Positions 9,520 to 20,000 of a DNA stretch of 35,307 nt are shown here, one piece after another (within the stretch, counting starts at the first letter, position 1; every line of letters starts with the position of its first letter). The position numbers and the translations under genes were made by a program. Source of the stretch: Callorhinchus milii. Lineage: Eukaryota. The stretch lies in the NCBI RefSeq assembly GCF_018977255.1, contig NW_024705546.1, positions 1 to 35,307 of the forward strand, given 5' to 3'. The notes under the pieces were generated by a model that had not been told where the DNA came from, made no database searches, and worked only from the letters and a program-made list of their open reading frames with translations.

Positions 9520-11907
9520 ATGCTAGGATTAAGAATAATTTTTGAATGGGTTACGGGATACGGGGAGCTCGTATTTAAACGTACCGACCAATCTGTTACA
9601 AAGCAGTACAGTCAGAGAAACATATGGGAAGGGAGCTGTATCGATAACACGAACACACCTCGGGGGAAACTAATTGACTGGATAAAATGTAACGAAGGCG
9701 AACACGATGCAAAAACTGCAGAGAAGGCAGGACAGGACTCATTCCTTCTCACACAGGCATACAGACAGGGATTGTGGAATGAGGGAAAATTTGGAAAGGA
9801 AACGGGAGAGAAATCAGTGCTCGCGACACCAGCGAAACTCACAGACGTGGATCCACAGAATAAATATGGAAGTGACATTAAATCACACTCTTGGGTACGT
9901 GGACAGAGTCCAGGGATTGATCGCACAAAAATTATGGATATCGAACAAAAAATCCTTGACAAAGGGAAACCCTCACAATTCGAGAGAGGGAGGAAAAATG
10001 TTAAAGTAAAGTCGACAGGACATGCTCCACTAAGGGCAGAGGCAAAAACTGAAGGGAAATGGCAACACGCCCGACACAGCACAGACCAAAGTGACAGATT
10101 GCCTGATGATAACTTGTTGGATGATGACGCTGTCGGCGATCAACTTTCGGAATACCTATTCACCAGTAAAACCCTTAAATTGATGGACAAGGCTCTAGTC
10201 AGAATTCCCGATTTTGACCCCCACAATAAGACTATGGATATCCACACACATATCGCAACCGTAGAAGAGGAGGCAATGATTAGAGGGCTGAGGAGACGGG
10301 ATGAAAAAGCGAGTTTGTTGAAACGGACCTTACATAAATAATCTATTCCATGGTTAAAGTCACTACCACACAAGGTTAGAAATGATTTTAAACAATTGAG
10401 CCTGGCAGTGATTCGGAAGTTTGGAGAATATTCGACACTCACTGAGGGGTTTTATGCTGTAAAATCGATGACCCAGGGCATGGACCAAGATCCACGTGAC
10501 TACCTCGTCCAATTTAAAAGAGCGTATTACGCAGGCGATGTGAATCAATACCACGAAGGAGATAAAATGTTCAAAATTATGTTTTTTGAATCCTTGAGCC
10601 CAGAGATTACAGGAAGGGTGAGAATGGTTTTGAATCCAGAAACCGCATCCTTACGCCGCATAGAGAGCAAGGCGTACATGGCATGGTTATACAGAGCTAA
10701 GAATCATAATTCGGATCCAGAACACAGGGAGAGGGATGAGGAACCCAGCCTCTCAGAGAGGAATAAAAATCACCGAGCAGTCCCACAATGCAAGACGGAG
10801 CAGAAACGCACGCACACATGGCAAAATAACCCAGAGAGAGGTTGGCACGAGAATGAGAGCGGCACAAAGCCGAACATTCAGGAGAATCGCAGGAGGGGGA
10901 GGTTCAGAATAGAACCATACCAACACCCCATGCCACGACACACACAAGATCAAAATTACCCACAAAGATGGCGAGGTAACAATCCAGGAAAAATTTGGCA
11001 CCCAAATGGGAGAAATACTGGGCTAAAAATGTACGAGAATCGCAGGAGGGAGAGGTTCAGAGCAGAACCATATCAACACCCCATCCCACGACACACGCAA
11101 GGTTCAAATTACGCACAGAGATGGGAAGATAACCACCTAGCGGGAAGGTGTTACACAGACCGCGGAGGTATGGATGCGAACATTCAGGAGAATCGCAGGA
11201 TGGGAGGTCAAACACAATCGATCCAATTCCGACCAATTCCTCCACCGGCTATACCAGGAGGGAATAGAGGAATAACACAGAATGCGGTCCAAATACGTGA
11301 TGAACCATCCACAGTGAGTGCGAGCGAGCGGCCAACACGCGCCCCACCCGCCGAGGTGTTAAACCCTGAGCAGGCTGCAAGTGACAGGGCTGAATGGAAG
11401 AGTGATCGGACGGTGGATAGCAGACAGCAGAGACAAAGAGAGAACACAGAGACACGCCCTGAGGAGCGCAGGCGTGAGCCTTTGAATGGAAAATATCCAA
11501 GGGAAACCAAAAATTATGTGGATCGGAGTGCTAAAATGGAGACGAATGTCCATGACGTATCGGGAATGGTGTTGAAATCCAACACACTCGTAAAAACAAA
11601 GAGGGCAACATTACGAAGGACAGAATTAAATCGACACACTGACTCGGCAAATGTGCATGTAATCGCAGAGAGAGCGAATGCCACGAACCAAGTGTCAAAG
11701 TGGGTCGTGTGCGCGAATTCTGGTTACGTGCAGCACAATTTTTCACCACACACTCCCACGACGCGAGAGAGTGAGAGAGGAAACTACAAAAACGAACCCG
11801 AAAACCGTGATCAAATTATCAAAGTGATAAGTGGTAAACCAGGCAACATGAGGAAGGTAACGCATAAATGCGTTCGAAACCGCTACCTAGCGTTTCCCAG
11901 GATTTAA
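9520..11907 (+). pseudogene. gag: Gag-like protein, ~795 codons, interrupted by a single in-frame TAA at 10339-10341
   Basis: Track ORFs 9520-10341 and 10396-11907 are in the same frame and read ...LLKRTLHK*SIPWLKSLPHKVRNDFKQLSLAVIRKFG.... The capsid-like helical pattern includes RIPDFDP, DFKQLSLAVIRKF, MTQGMDQDPRDYLVQFKRAY (MHR-like QG..E....Y...F) and FKIMFFESLSPEI. It lies directly after the PBS. No protease, RT or integrase motifs follow. Confidence 0.8.
10870..11200 (+). repeat. 153-bp (51-aa) internal coding repeat in gag, two full copies plus a partial third
   Basis: GAGAATCGCAGGA at 10882, 11035 and 11188. Translations: ENRRRGRFRIEPYQHPMPRHTQDQNYPQRW / ENRRRERFRAEPYQHPIPRHTQGSNYAQRW / ENRRMGG. 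Confidence 0.9.
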
Positions 11908-12132
11908 CAAAAACAAAAATGAATGTTCGTCAGAGTTATGATGTATGAGAACCGATGTAACGCAATATCGATGTTAACGTGTGTTATTTTCTTTGCTTAA
12001 TTCAAATGTAACCAGGATTTAACAAAAACAAAAATGAATATTCGCCGGAGTTATGATGTATGAGAACCGATGTAACGCAATATCAATGTTAACATGTTGT
12101 TATTTTCTTTGCTTATTTCAGATGTAACCAGG
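11897..12132 (+). repeat. ~115-bp tandem duplication in the 3' internal region
   Basis: CCAGGATTTAACAAAAACAAAAATGAAT... starts at 11897 and again at 12012; the second copy is closed by CCAGG at 12128-12132. Confidence 0.92.
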
Positions 12133-12272
12133 TTAAGATCGTAATACGTGCACGCGCGTCGTAAGAAATAACCGCCGAGAGTAAGGGCGGCTGATGGGAT
12201 GCATGACATAAAAAGGGGGCATTACTTTGTTTGAAAATTCGCCAGTGGCCAAATCGACCCCTGATAATTTTC

Positions 12273-12284
12273 AAAAGGGCGGAC
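12273..12284 (+). promoter_or_regulatory. Polypurine tract
   Basis: AAAAGGGCGGAC directly abuts the 3' LTR start TGTTGT at 12285. Confidence 0.8.
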
Positions 12285-13471
12285 TGTTGTGTATGTACCC
12301 CCTTTTTATTTTTTTTAATATTTTTTTTTTAAGAATTATTCTGCCAACATAGATAATATCGTTTTTTTTAATAGACGCGGCCACGTGGGAACGAACACGC
12401 CCCCACACTTCCACAGAGGCCCCCACACTTCCACAGATGCGCGCATACCTCATTTCAAAGGAGAGAGGACATGAAAGGGGGGGCAATAAGGTAATAAAAA
12501 CTCCCCTAAATTCACACAAGAGGAACAAGGGAGGGGGGAATTGCAGGCGGGGGGGGGGGTCAGCAGGACATCGTTTTGTTAAAAAAAAAACCACAGAACC
12601 AGGCACCATGGAGTAAGAGATAATTATATTCTGAACAAAGATAAGCCGGGATATCAGATTAAATAATCACAAGAAGTCAAATAATAAGTACGGAATTAAA
12701 GTAGAAGAGGAATCAAGGGCGGAGAAGGCTCTCAAAATTAACCAAACACAACACCCATGGGAAGCGAGCAACACGGCCGCCTTTGTCTTTCCGAGAGGAT
12801 CTCCACACACAGGCACCAAGCTAGGAAATGACACCCATAAAAGTTGGGGCAAGGGCTCAAAGGAAATTAACACACGCCTTCGAATAAATAAGCATGCGCC
12901 GGATGCTCCCACCGTGGAAACAACCGCCTTTGTCTCCCCACAACACGGACAGCAAAAATTGCACACGCATGGAAATAACATTGCCATGAGAGATCGGGTC
13001 ACGATGAAACATCGTGAACACTGTTTCGGCATAACCAAGCAGCAAATAAGTCGCATTTCAACTTCCAAACCAAACCAACTTAAGCTGTGTGAGACAAAGG
13101 ATGTGATCCCAGAGCAAGGGAGTGAATAGTTAAGCTCGCTTAACGTGTAGGTTTTCGCGACAAATATTATTCAGTAACAAAACATGGATTCGAATGTTTT
13201 TTTTTAACTCAACGCGAATCATCGGTCTGGCTAATGGATAACTTCTGAAGCAGCCGACACGAGGCCCCCACCCCCTTTCTTCCAGAACGACACACACAGC
13301 TGTGTCTTCAAAGCTAATAAACACACGGACAAACACGCACGCGAAACACACGGACGGACACACACACGGACGCAGATGGTCCACCCCCACAGGAAGGTTT
13401 TATGACACAGCTTTTGAACAACTCGGGAAGCCGAGTGGAATTTTCCGATATAAACCGAAGGAAAATCCATA

Positions 13472-13661
13472 CAACAGAGATCGTCAGGGGCTCTGGCCCC
13501 CATCACAGGGATCGTCAGGGGCTCTGGCCCCCATCACAGAGATCGTCAGGGCTCTGGCCCCCATCACAGAGTTCGTCAGGGGCTCTGGCCCCCATCACAG
13601 AGATCGTCAGGGGCTCTGGCCCCCATCACAGAGTTCGTCAGGGGCTCTGGCCCCCATCACA
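13472..13661 (+). repeat. 31-bp tandem repeat, 6 copies, in the 3' LTR
   Basis: Units start at ~13472, 13501, 13532, 13562, 13593 and 13624. Confidence 0.93.
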
Positions 13662-14713
13662 TATCGTCCGGGCTTCGGCTCCAACACACATATCATCCGG
13701 GCTACGAGCCCATCTTCGGCTCCACCACAGATCTTCACGAGCTCCGGCCTACATCTCATCTCGTCTCCGGGCTAAGGCCCCACCAGAGTTCTCCAGGGCG
13801 ACAACCATCTCTCCTCGTCGCCGCCAACGAAGAAGCTCCTGTCATTCAGAATGACGAGGGTCGCGGAGTAGCGACGCGTAGCTACAAGCCGAGGTCTGCA
13901 TCACCTGAGAAGAATCGCTACCCTGAGTCGCAGAGCTGCGAGTGAAGCCAACAAAGACGCCAACGTCCACCCTGCCACGAACGAAGCATCGCTCCTCGTC
14001 AGAGTGACGACCAGCGAACAACCCGCAGGAAAGGCGGAGATCGCTGAACGAGCGCCAACTTGCGCCACCTTGTGCCACCGTGCGCCACCGTGCACCACTT
14101 TGCGCTGAACGTGCGCCACCGTGCGCCACCGTGCGACATCGAGCGACACGAGCGACCGAGCATCTTCAAGGACAGCATCGTGCCAACTCGTCATCTAGCA
14201 GTAGAAAGAGAGAGCGCACGAGCAGCACCAAGCCCCCGGAACCATCAAGCGCCAAGCAAGCAAGTTTCTTCAAGGAACATCGTGCCAACGCCGCTCAATC
14301 CAGCAGTGGAGAGAGAGAGAGAGAGCAAAAGCCGAGCGACACGCCGAGCGAGGGAGCAGCAGGAGCTGTTCGTATCCTCCCACACCACACAAGCTAACGA
14401 CACAATTAATATTACGAGGGGACAACGCACACACAGCACGCACACGAATAAGACTTTAAAAGAAAAACTGTCTTTTCGTTTCAAAAAGGGTTGCCATTTC
14501 GAGGTGGTGCGTTCAATATCAACTGATCGTGCAAAGCAGTTGCTGCCGTCGAGTTACATAAATGCATAAGAGTTTTGGTTATTCATATTGCATAATTGCA
14601 TAATGTCACAACTGCATAAGTTTTTGTCGTTCATATTAGTTAATTGCATAATCTTGCCCATGAATTATTGACGCATGTTTGACCTGCATGATAGAATGTC
14701 ACGTGCTTGTTAG

Positions 14714-14719
14714 AATAAA
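14714..14719 (+). terminator. Candidate polyadenylation signal AATAAA in the LTR (5' copy at 4607-4612)
   Basis: The AATAAA I found downstream of the GC-rich block. Use is not demonstrated, and the surrounding region is AT-rich. Confidence 0.35.
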
Positions 14720-15135
14720 ATTGTAATCCAGAAGCATATCGAGTGTTCCTTCCAAGTCCATGCAAAACTGTCTTATTCTTGACAACTGTATCCTGTGATG
14801 AGATATGAAAATGGAGACCTAAAATATTATAACACACACTAGGATAATCGGTAAATGAATCTATGATAATCGTGTTATCCTGATTGATAACTCTGGATAA
14901 ACGAAACTAAGCAAATTATCATAACTGCACACATTAACATAATCGCAAGCCTCCGCATAAATTACTACGATTATCTCCGTGATTATCATAATTTATGCAT
15001 ATAATCACACGCATTATCATAATTTATGCGTATTAATACACACACTATCATAATTAATGCGAATTGCGCATTTTTCGGAAAATTATTAGTTTTTTTTATT
15101 TTTATCAAAATTTCATAATTCCAACACATACAACA

Positions 15136-15272
15136 ACTAACACACACACAAAAACACTTTGACGTTGTCCGTTCGAAAAAGACACCCACATGGAGTTAAA
15201 TACACGCATGGCTCTACACGCACACACATATGGACTCAAAGACACACGCATGGACTCACACACACACATCGA
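15136..15272. repeat. Continuation of the CA-rich minisatellite after the LTR element
   Basis: cacatggagtt, cacatatggactc and cgcatggactcacacacac units. Removing the element and one TSD restores ACATGGACTAACACACAC. Confidence 0.85.
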
Positions 15273-15481
15273 CGGGCACAGCAATCCCGATGATGGCACA
15301 GCTATCAGTATCGCAGTACTACGTATGAGTAAATAGCGTGATGTGAGCGATGGAAACAATAGAAATGCATTTAAGAAATAAGCAGAAATCACAGACTGGC
15401 AGTAGACCGTGGCAGCGTTATAAAAGCGCAGCAAAAAAAGGGGAAATTGAGCAACCCAAAAATCCAAAAAGAGTTTTGTGT

Positions 15482-15700
15482 ACACAAACATAATTATTGT
15501 AACATGTCAACTCGTTTCATAATGGTAAACAATGAACCTGAGTTGTTATCTTCACGCAAACATAATTATTGTAACATCTGTGAACTTGTTTCATAATGGT
15601 AAACATTGAAGCTGAGTTTTTATCTGCACACAAACATTATTATTGTAATGTTTGTCAATAATGTGTTTAACAATAATAAACAATGGACTTGAGTTGTTAG
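15482..15700. repeat. ~73-bp diverged tandem repeat, 3 copies
   Basis: CAAACAT(A/T)ATTATTGTAA at 15485, 15557 and 15631, each followed by a TAAACA.TG....TGAGTT-like segment. Confidence 0.85.
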
Positions 15701-16284
15701 CGTAAGAAGCAAGGACATTTGTACTTGGCATAGGCGTGTTGAGGCCTTGTGCGATGCGTAGCCCCCGTCCTGGCCTACATTGGCGAGCCACGGAGTTGGC
15801 ACGTTGCCAGGCTAGGGGCTGGGCCGCTACCCGCCCCCCCCCAACATCTGTCGTCCGTGCAAGAATAATGGTATGTAAGCAGTAAAATATTATTATCTAC
15901 GGAGTCTGTAGTATAAATTGAACGCATCGTGTTGGGGGGGGGGCGACGAGGACATGACACTGTGAATAAATATCCGCAGCGTGATGTGTGTATATGTTGA
16001 CTGTAAAACGCGTAAAAGAAAATGTCTCCCGTTAGGTGGAGCGAACGCGCATGACTTGGCAGGGTCCGCTCCCCCCACTCAATTGGCGTCACTTGGTACG
16101 GTCGATGTCGTGCAATAAGTAAATAAGGAATAATAGAAACGGCACAAATGTGTTAATTAAACTACTTTAAAGTTTACGGACGGGAAAACGGAATTGCCGA
16201 TTCCCACCACAGGGCTTAGGGCGTGCCGGTCTTAAACCCCACCGTCCGAGAGCCAAATCCCCCGCAAGCACGAGCGCACGGAGA

Positions 16285-16375
16285 CTTTATATATAAGATT
16301 CGTTCAACAACTTGAAGCCAATGCAGCTCAGCAAGTGCAGGACGAACGTGGTCCAATCTTGCAGTACCTATCACA
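16285..16375 (-). pseudogene. L2/CR1-group LINE ORF2 C-terminal fragment
   Basis: ARLDHVRPALAELHWLQVVERILY matches the L2-type motif DHI(T/S)P.L..LHWLPV..RI.(F/Y)K. Confidence 0.7.
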
Positions 16376-16480
16376 GTTTGCTGTTTTTGCCAGACGTCCC
16401 ATAGAGTAGGGAGTTGCAATAATCGACACTTGTCGATACTATTTTATATGCCACAGTGTTGGCTATGTTACAAATGTTGC

Positions 16481-16771
16481 TTTGAAGGTCTGGCTCTCAG
16501 AATAACTCTATCAAATAATCAACAGATATTGGTAGTGTGCTGCTATAGACCGCCAAGTGGTAAGGATGTTGAAGCTGCGTCTGCACTGAGAGCTTCTTGG
16601 GCCTCCCTAAAGGTTAATAGTTTTAGTGGGTGATCTGAATTGGAATTAGCTAAACTCGCTGGCCGTGGCCACAAATTTCGCAAATAAATTTAACCTATTT
16701 CAATTAATAAATGTCCCCACGAGACCAACCAAAAAAATCCAGTACAGTCATCTTTGCTTGACGTCCTGTTT
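16481..16771 (+). pseudogene. Apurinic-like endonuclease fragment of an L2/CR1-group LINE, frameshifted
   Basis: FEGLALRI..ILVVCCYRPPS, then LVGDLNW (~16623-16643), FNLFQLINVPTR (~16689-16724) and SSLLDVLF; this is the usual order of LINE EN motifs. Confidence 0.75.
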
Positions 16772-16860
16772 CAGTTTCATTTTCATTTATTAGGTATAAC
16801 CCAGTGAGCTATGCGGCTGTTGACTCGGGTGCAACCGCAACAAAACAAAAACAAGAAACA
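16768..16860 (-). mobile_element. Possible 3' tail of a further LINE/SINE
   Basis: The minus strand ends AATAAATGAAAATGAAACTGAAAC, resembling the AATAAA plus (TGAAA)n tails of non-LTR elements. It begins where the EN fragment stops. Confidence 0.35.
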
Positions 16861-17020
16861 TCTTAAAGTGACTACACGAAACAGAAAAATCCTGGAAAAA
16901 ACAGCCAAGCCTTCCAGAAAAAAACATCACATTTCAATGCTGTGTGCAAAAATCCCAGTGGGATGCTAGTCAAACAATAACAACCATAAGACAAGTTATC
17001 AGGCCAACTCTATACTACCG

Positions 17021-20000
17021 TCCTCTGTTTTTAGTGGTTTTTGGGTATTTTTTTCAGTTTTTAGTGGTTTTGGGGTTTTTTCGTCTGTTTTTAGTGTTGT
17101 TTGGGTTTTTTTCAGTTTTTAGTGGTTTTTGTGTATTTCTTGTTTTTAGTGGTTTTAGGTATTTTTTTAGTTTTTAGTGTTTTTTTGGGTTTTTTCGGTT
17201 TTTAGTGGTTTTTGGTATTTTCTTAAGTTTTTAGTGTTTTTTCGGTTAAAGGGTATATTTTTCGTTTTTAGTGTTTTTTTTAGTATTTTTTCAGTTTTTT
17301 TTGTTTTTTTTTTGTATTTTCTTCTGTTTTGAGTGTTTTGTTGGGTTTTCGGTTTTTAGTTGGTTTTGGGATATTTAAGTTTTTAGTGTTTTTGTGTATT
17401 TCTTCTGTTTTTAGTGTTTTTTGGGTATTTTTTAAGTTTTTGGGTATTTTTTCAGTTGTAATGGTTTTTGTGTATCTTCTTCAGTTTTTAGTGGTTTTGC
17501 GGTATTTTGTCTGTTTTTAGTGGTTTTGGGTATTTGCGTCTGTTGTTTGGGTTTTTTCAGTTTTTAGTAGTTTTTGTGTATTTCTTCTGTTTTTAGTGGT
17601 TTTTGGGTATTTTCATCTGTTTTTAGTGATTTTTGTGTTTTCTTCTGTTTTGGGTAATTTTGGGTTTGTTCGGTTTTTAGTGGTTTTTGGGTATTTCATT
17701 ATTTTTTGGGTATTTTCTTACAGTTTTTAGTGGTTTTTTGGGTATTTTCATCTGTTTTAGTGTTTTTTTGGGGTTATTTCGGTTTTTAGTGATTTTTAGG
17801 AATTTTATTCTGTTTTTAATGTTTTTTCAGTTTTTGTGTATTTTCTTCTGTTTTAGTGTTTTGGGTTTTTTTGGGTTTTAGTGGTTTTTGGGTATTTTTT
17901 TCAGTTTTTAGCAGTTTGGGGGTATTTTCCTCTGTTTTTTGTGTTTTATGTGGTTTTTTCGGTTTTTAGTGTTTTTGGGTATTTTTTCAGTTTTCAGTGA
18001 TTTTTGTGTTTTCTTCTGTTTTGGGTAGTTTTGGGTTTGTTCGGTTTTTAGTGGTTTTTGGATATTTTCTTCAGTTTTTTGTGGTTTTGGGGTATTTTCG
18101 TCTGTTCTTAGTGGTTTTGGGGTATTTTCGTCTGTTTTTAGTGTTTTTGGGGTTATTCCGATTTTTAGTGATTTTTAGGTATTTTCGTCTGTTTTAGTGT
18201 TCGTCTGTTTTAGTGTTTTTTGGGTTATTTCGGTTTTAGTGATTTTTAGGTATTTTCTTCTGTTTTAGTGTTTTGGGGTTTTTTTGGGTTTTAGTGGTTT
18301 TGGGTATTTTTTCAATTTTTAGTGGTTTTGGGGTATTTTCATGTTTTCAGTTTTTAGTGGTTTTTGTGTATTTTTTCAGTTTTTAGTGGTTTTTGTGTAT
18401 TTTCTTCTGTTTTAGTGTTTTGGGTTTTTTTGGGTCTTAGTGGTTTTTTGGGTATTTTTTTAGTTTTTAGTGGTTTGGGGGTATTTCTGTCTGTTTTTAG
18501 TGTTTTATGGGGTTTTTTCGGTTTTTAGTGTTTTTGGGTATTTTTTCAGTTTTCAGTGATTTTTTGTTTTCTTCTGTTTTGGGTAGTTTTTTGTTTGTTC
18601 GGTTTTTAGTGGTTTTTGGGTATTTCATAATTTTTTGGGTATTTTCTTCAGTTTTTAGTGGTTTTTTTGGGTATTTTCATCTGTTTTAGTGTTTTTTGGG
18701 GTTATTTCGGTTTTTAGTGATTTTAGGTATTTTATTCTGTTTTTAATGTTTTTTCGTTTTTTGTGTATTTTCTTCTGTTTTAGTGTTTTGGGTTTTTTGG
18801 GGTTTTAGTGGTTTTTGGGTATTTTTTCAGTTTTTAGTAGTTTGGGGGTATTTTCGTCTGCTTTTAGTGTTTATGGGGGTTTTTTCGGTTTTTAGTGTTT
18901 TTTGGGTCTTTTTAAAAATTTTAGTGATTTTTGTGTTTTCTTCTGTTTTGGGTAGTTGTGGGTTTGTTCGGTTTTTAGTGGTTTTTGGGTATTTTAATCT
19001 GTTTTTAGTGTTTTTTGGGGTTATTTCGGTCTTTAGTGATTTTTAGGTATTTTATTCTGTTTTTAATGTTTTTTTGGTTTTTAGTGGTTTTTTGTGTATT
19101 TTCTTCTGTTTTAGTGTTTTTGGGTTCTTTCGGTTTTTAGTGGTTTTTGATATTTTTGTCAGTTTTTAATGGTTTTGGGGTATTTTCTTAAGGTTTGAGT
19201 GTTTTTTCGGTTTTTAGTGATTTTTGGGTATTTTTTCAGTTTTTAATGTTTTTTTGGTTTTTTATGTTTTTTGGGTATTTTCTTCAGTTTTAGTGGTTTT
19301 GGGTATTTTCGTCTTTTTAGTGTTTTTGGATTTTTTAGGTTTCTAGTGCTTTTTGGATATTTTTTTGTTTTTAGTGGTTTTTGTAAAAAAAATTGTTTTG
19401 AGTGGTTTTGGGTATTTTTTTCAGTCTTTAGTGTTTTTTCGGTTTTCAGTGATTTTTGGGTATTTTCGTCTGTTTTTAGTGTTTTTTCAGTTTTTAGTGT
19501 TTTTTGGGTTTTTAGTGGTTTTTGGATATTTTTTTAGTTTTTAGTGGTTTTGCGGTATTTTCTTCAGTTTTTAGTGGTTTTTGGGTATTTTTTCAGTCTC
19601 TAGTGTTTTTTTCAGTTTTTTTTTGTTTTGGGGTGTTTTGTCAGGTTTGAGTTTTTTCGGTTTTATTGATTTTTTGGTATTTTTTTCAGTTTTTTATGGT
19701 TTTTTTGGTTTTTTTGTGTTTTTTTGTGTTTTTTCTTCAGTTTTAGTGGTTTTGGGTATTTTCGTCTATTTTTAGTGTTTTTGGATTTTTTTTAGGTTTT
19801 TAGTGGTTTTTGGATATTTTTTTGTTTTGAGTGGTTTTTGAAAAAAAAATAGTCTTTAGTGGTTTTGGGTATTTTTTCAGTCTTTAATGTTTTTTCGGTT
19901 TTTAGTGATTTTTGGGTATTTTCGTCTGTTTTAGTGTTTTTTCAGTTGTTATTGTTTTTTGTTTTTTTTTCGGTTTTTAGTGGTTTTTGGATATTTTTTT

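Larger units (their letters stand above)
2241..15135 (+). mobile_element. Non-autonomous (gag-only) Gypsy/retrovirus-like LTR retroelement with ~2.8 kb LTRs and a nested insertion
   Basis: Starts TGTTGT at 2241 and ends ACAACA at 15135. Flanked by the 4-bp direct repeat ACTA (2237-2240 and 15136-15139). Contains two near-identical LTRs, a PBS (9166-9184), a gag-like frame (9520-11907) and a PPT (12273-12284). Confidence 0.93.
12285..15135 (+). repeat. 3' LTR, 2851 bp, intact (TGTTGT...ACAACA)
   Basis: Direct repeat of 2241-5013 plus 9157-9162; preceded by the PPT and followed by the ACTA TSD. Confidence 0.95.

Noticed and set aside
2241..15135. The 2.8 kb duplication as an assembly artefact or segmental duplication
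   Set aside because: The TG...CA ends, TSD, PBS and PPT sit exactly at the repeat boundaries, as expected for LTRs.
15725..16280. GC-rich stretch as a SINE or DNA transposon
   Set aside because: I could not identify TIRs, a TSD or A/B boxes.
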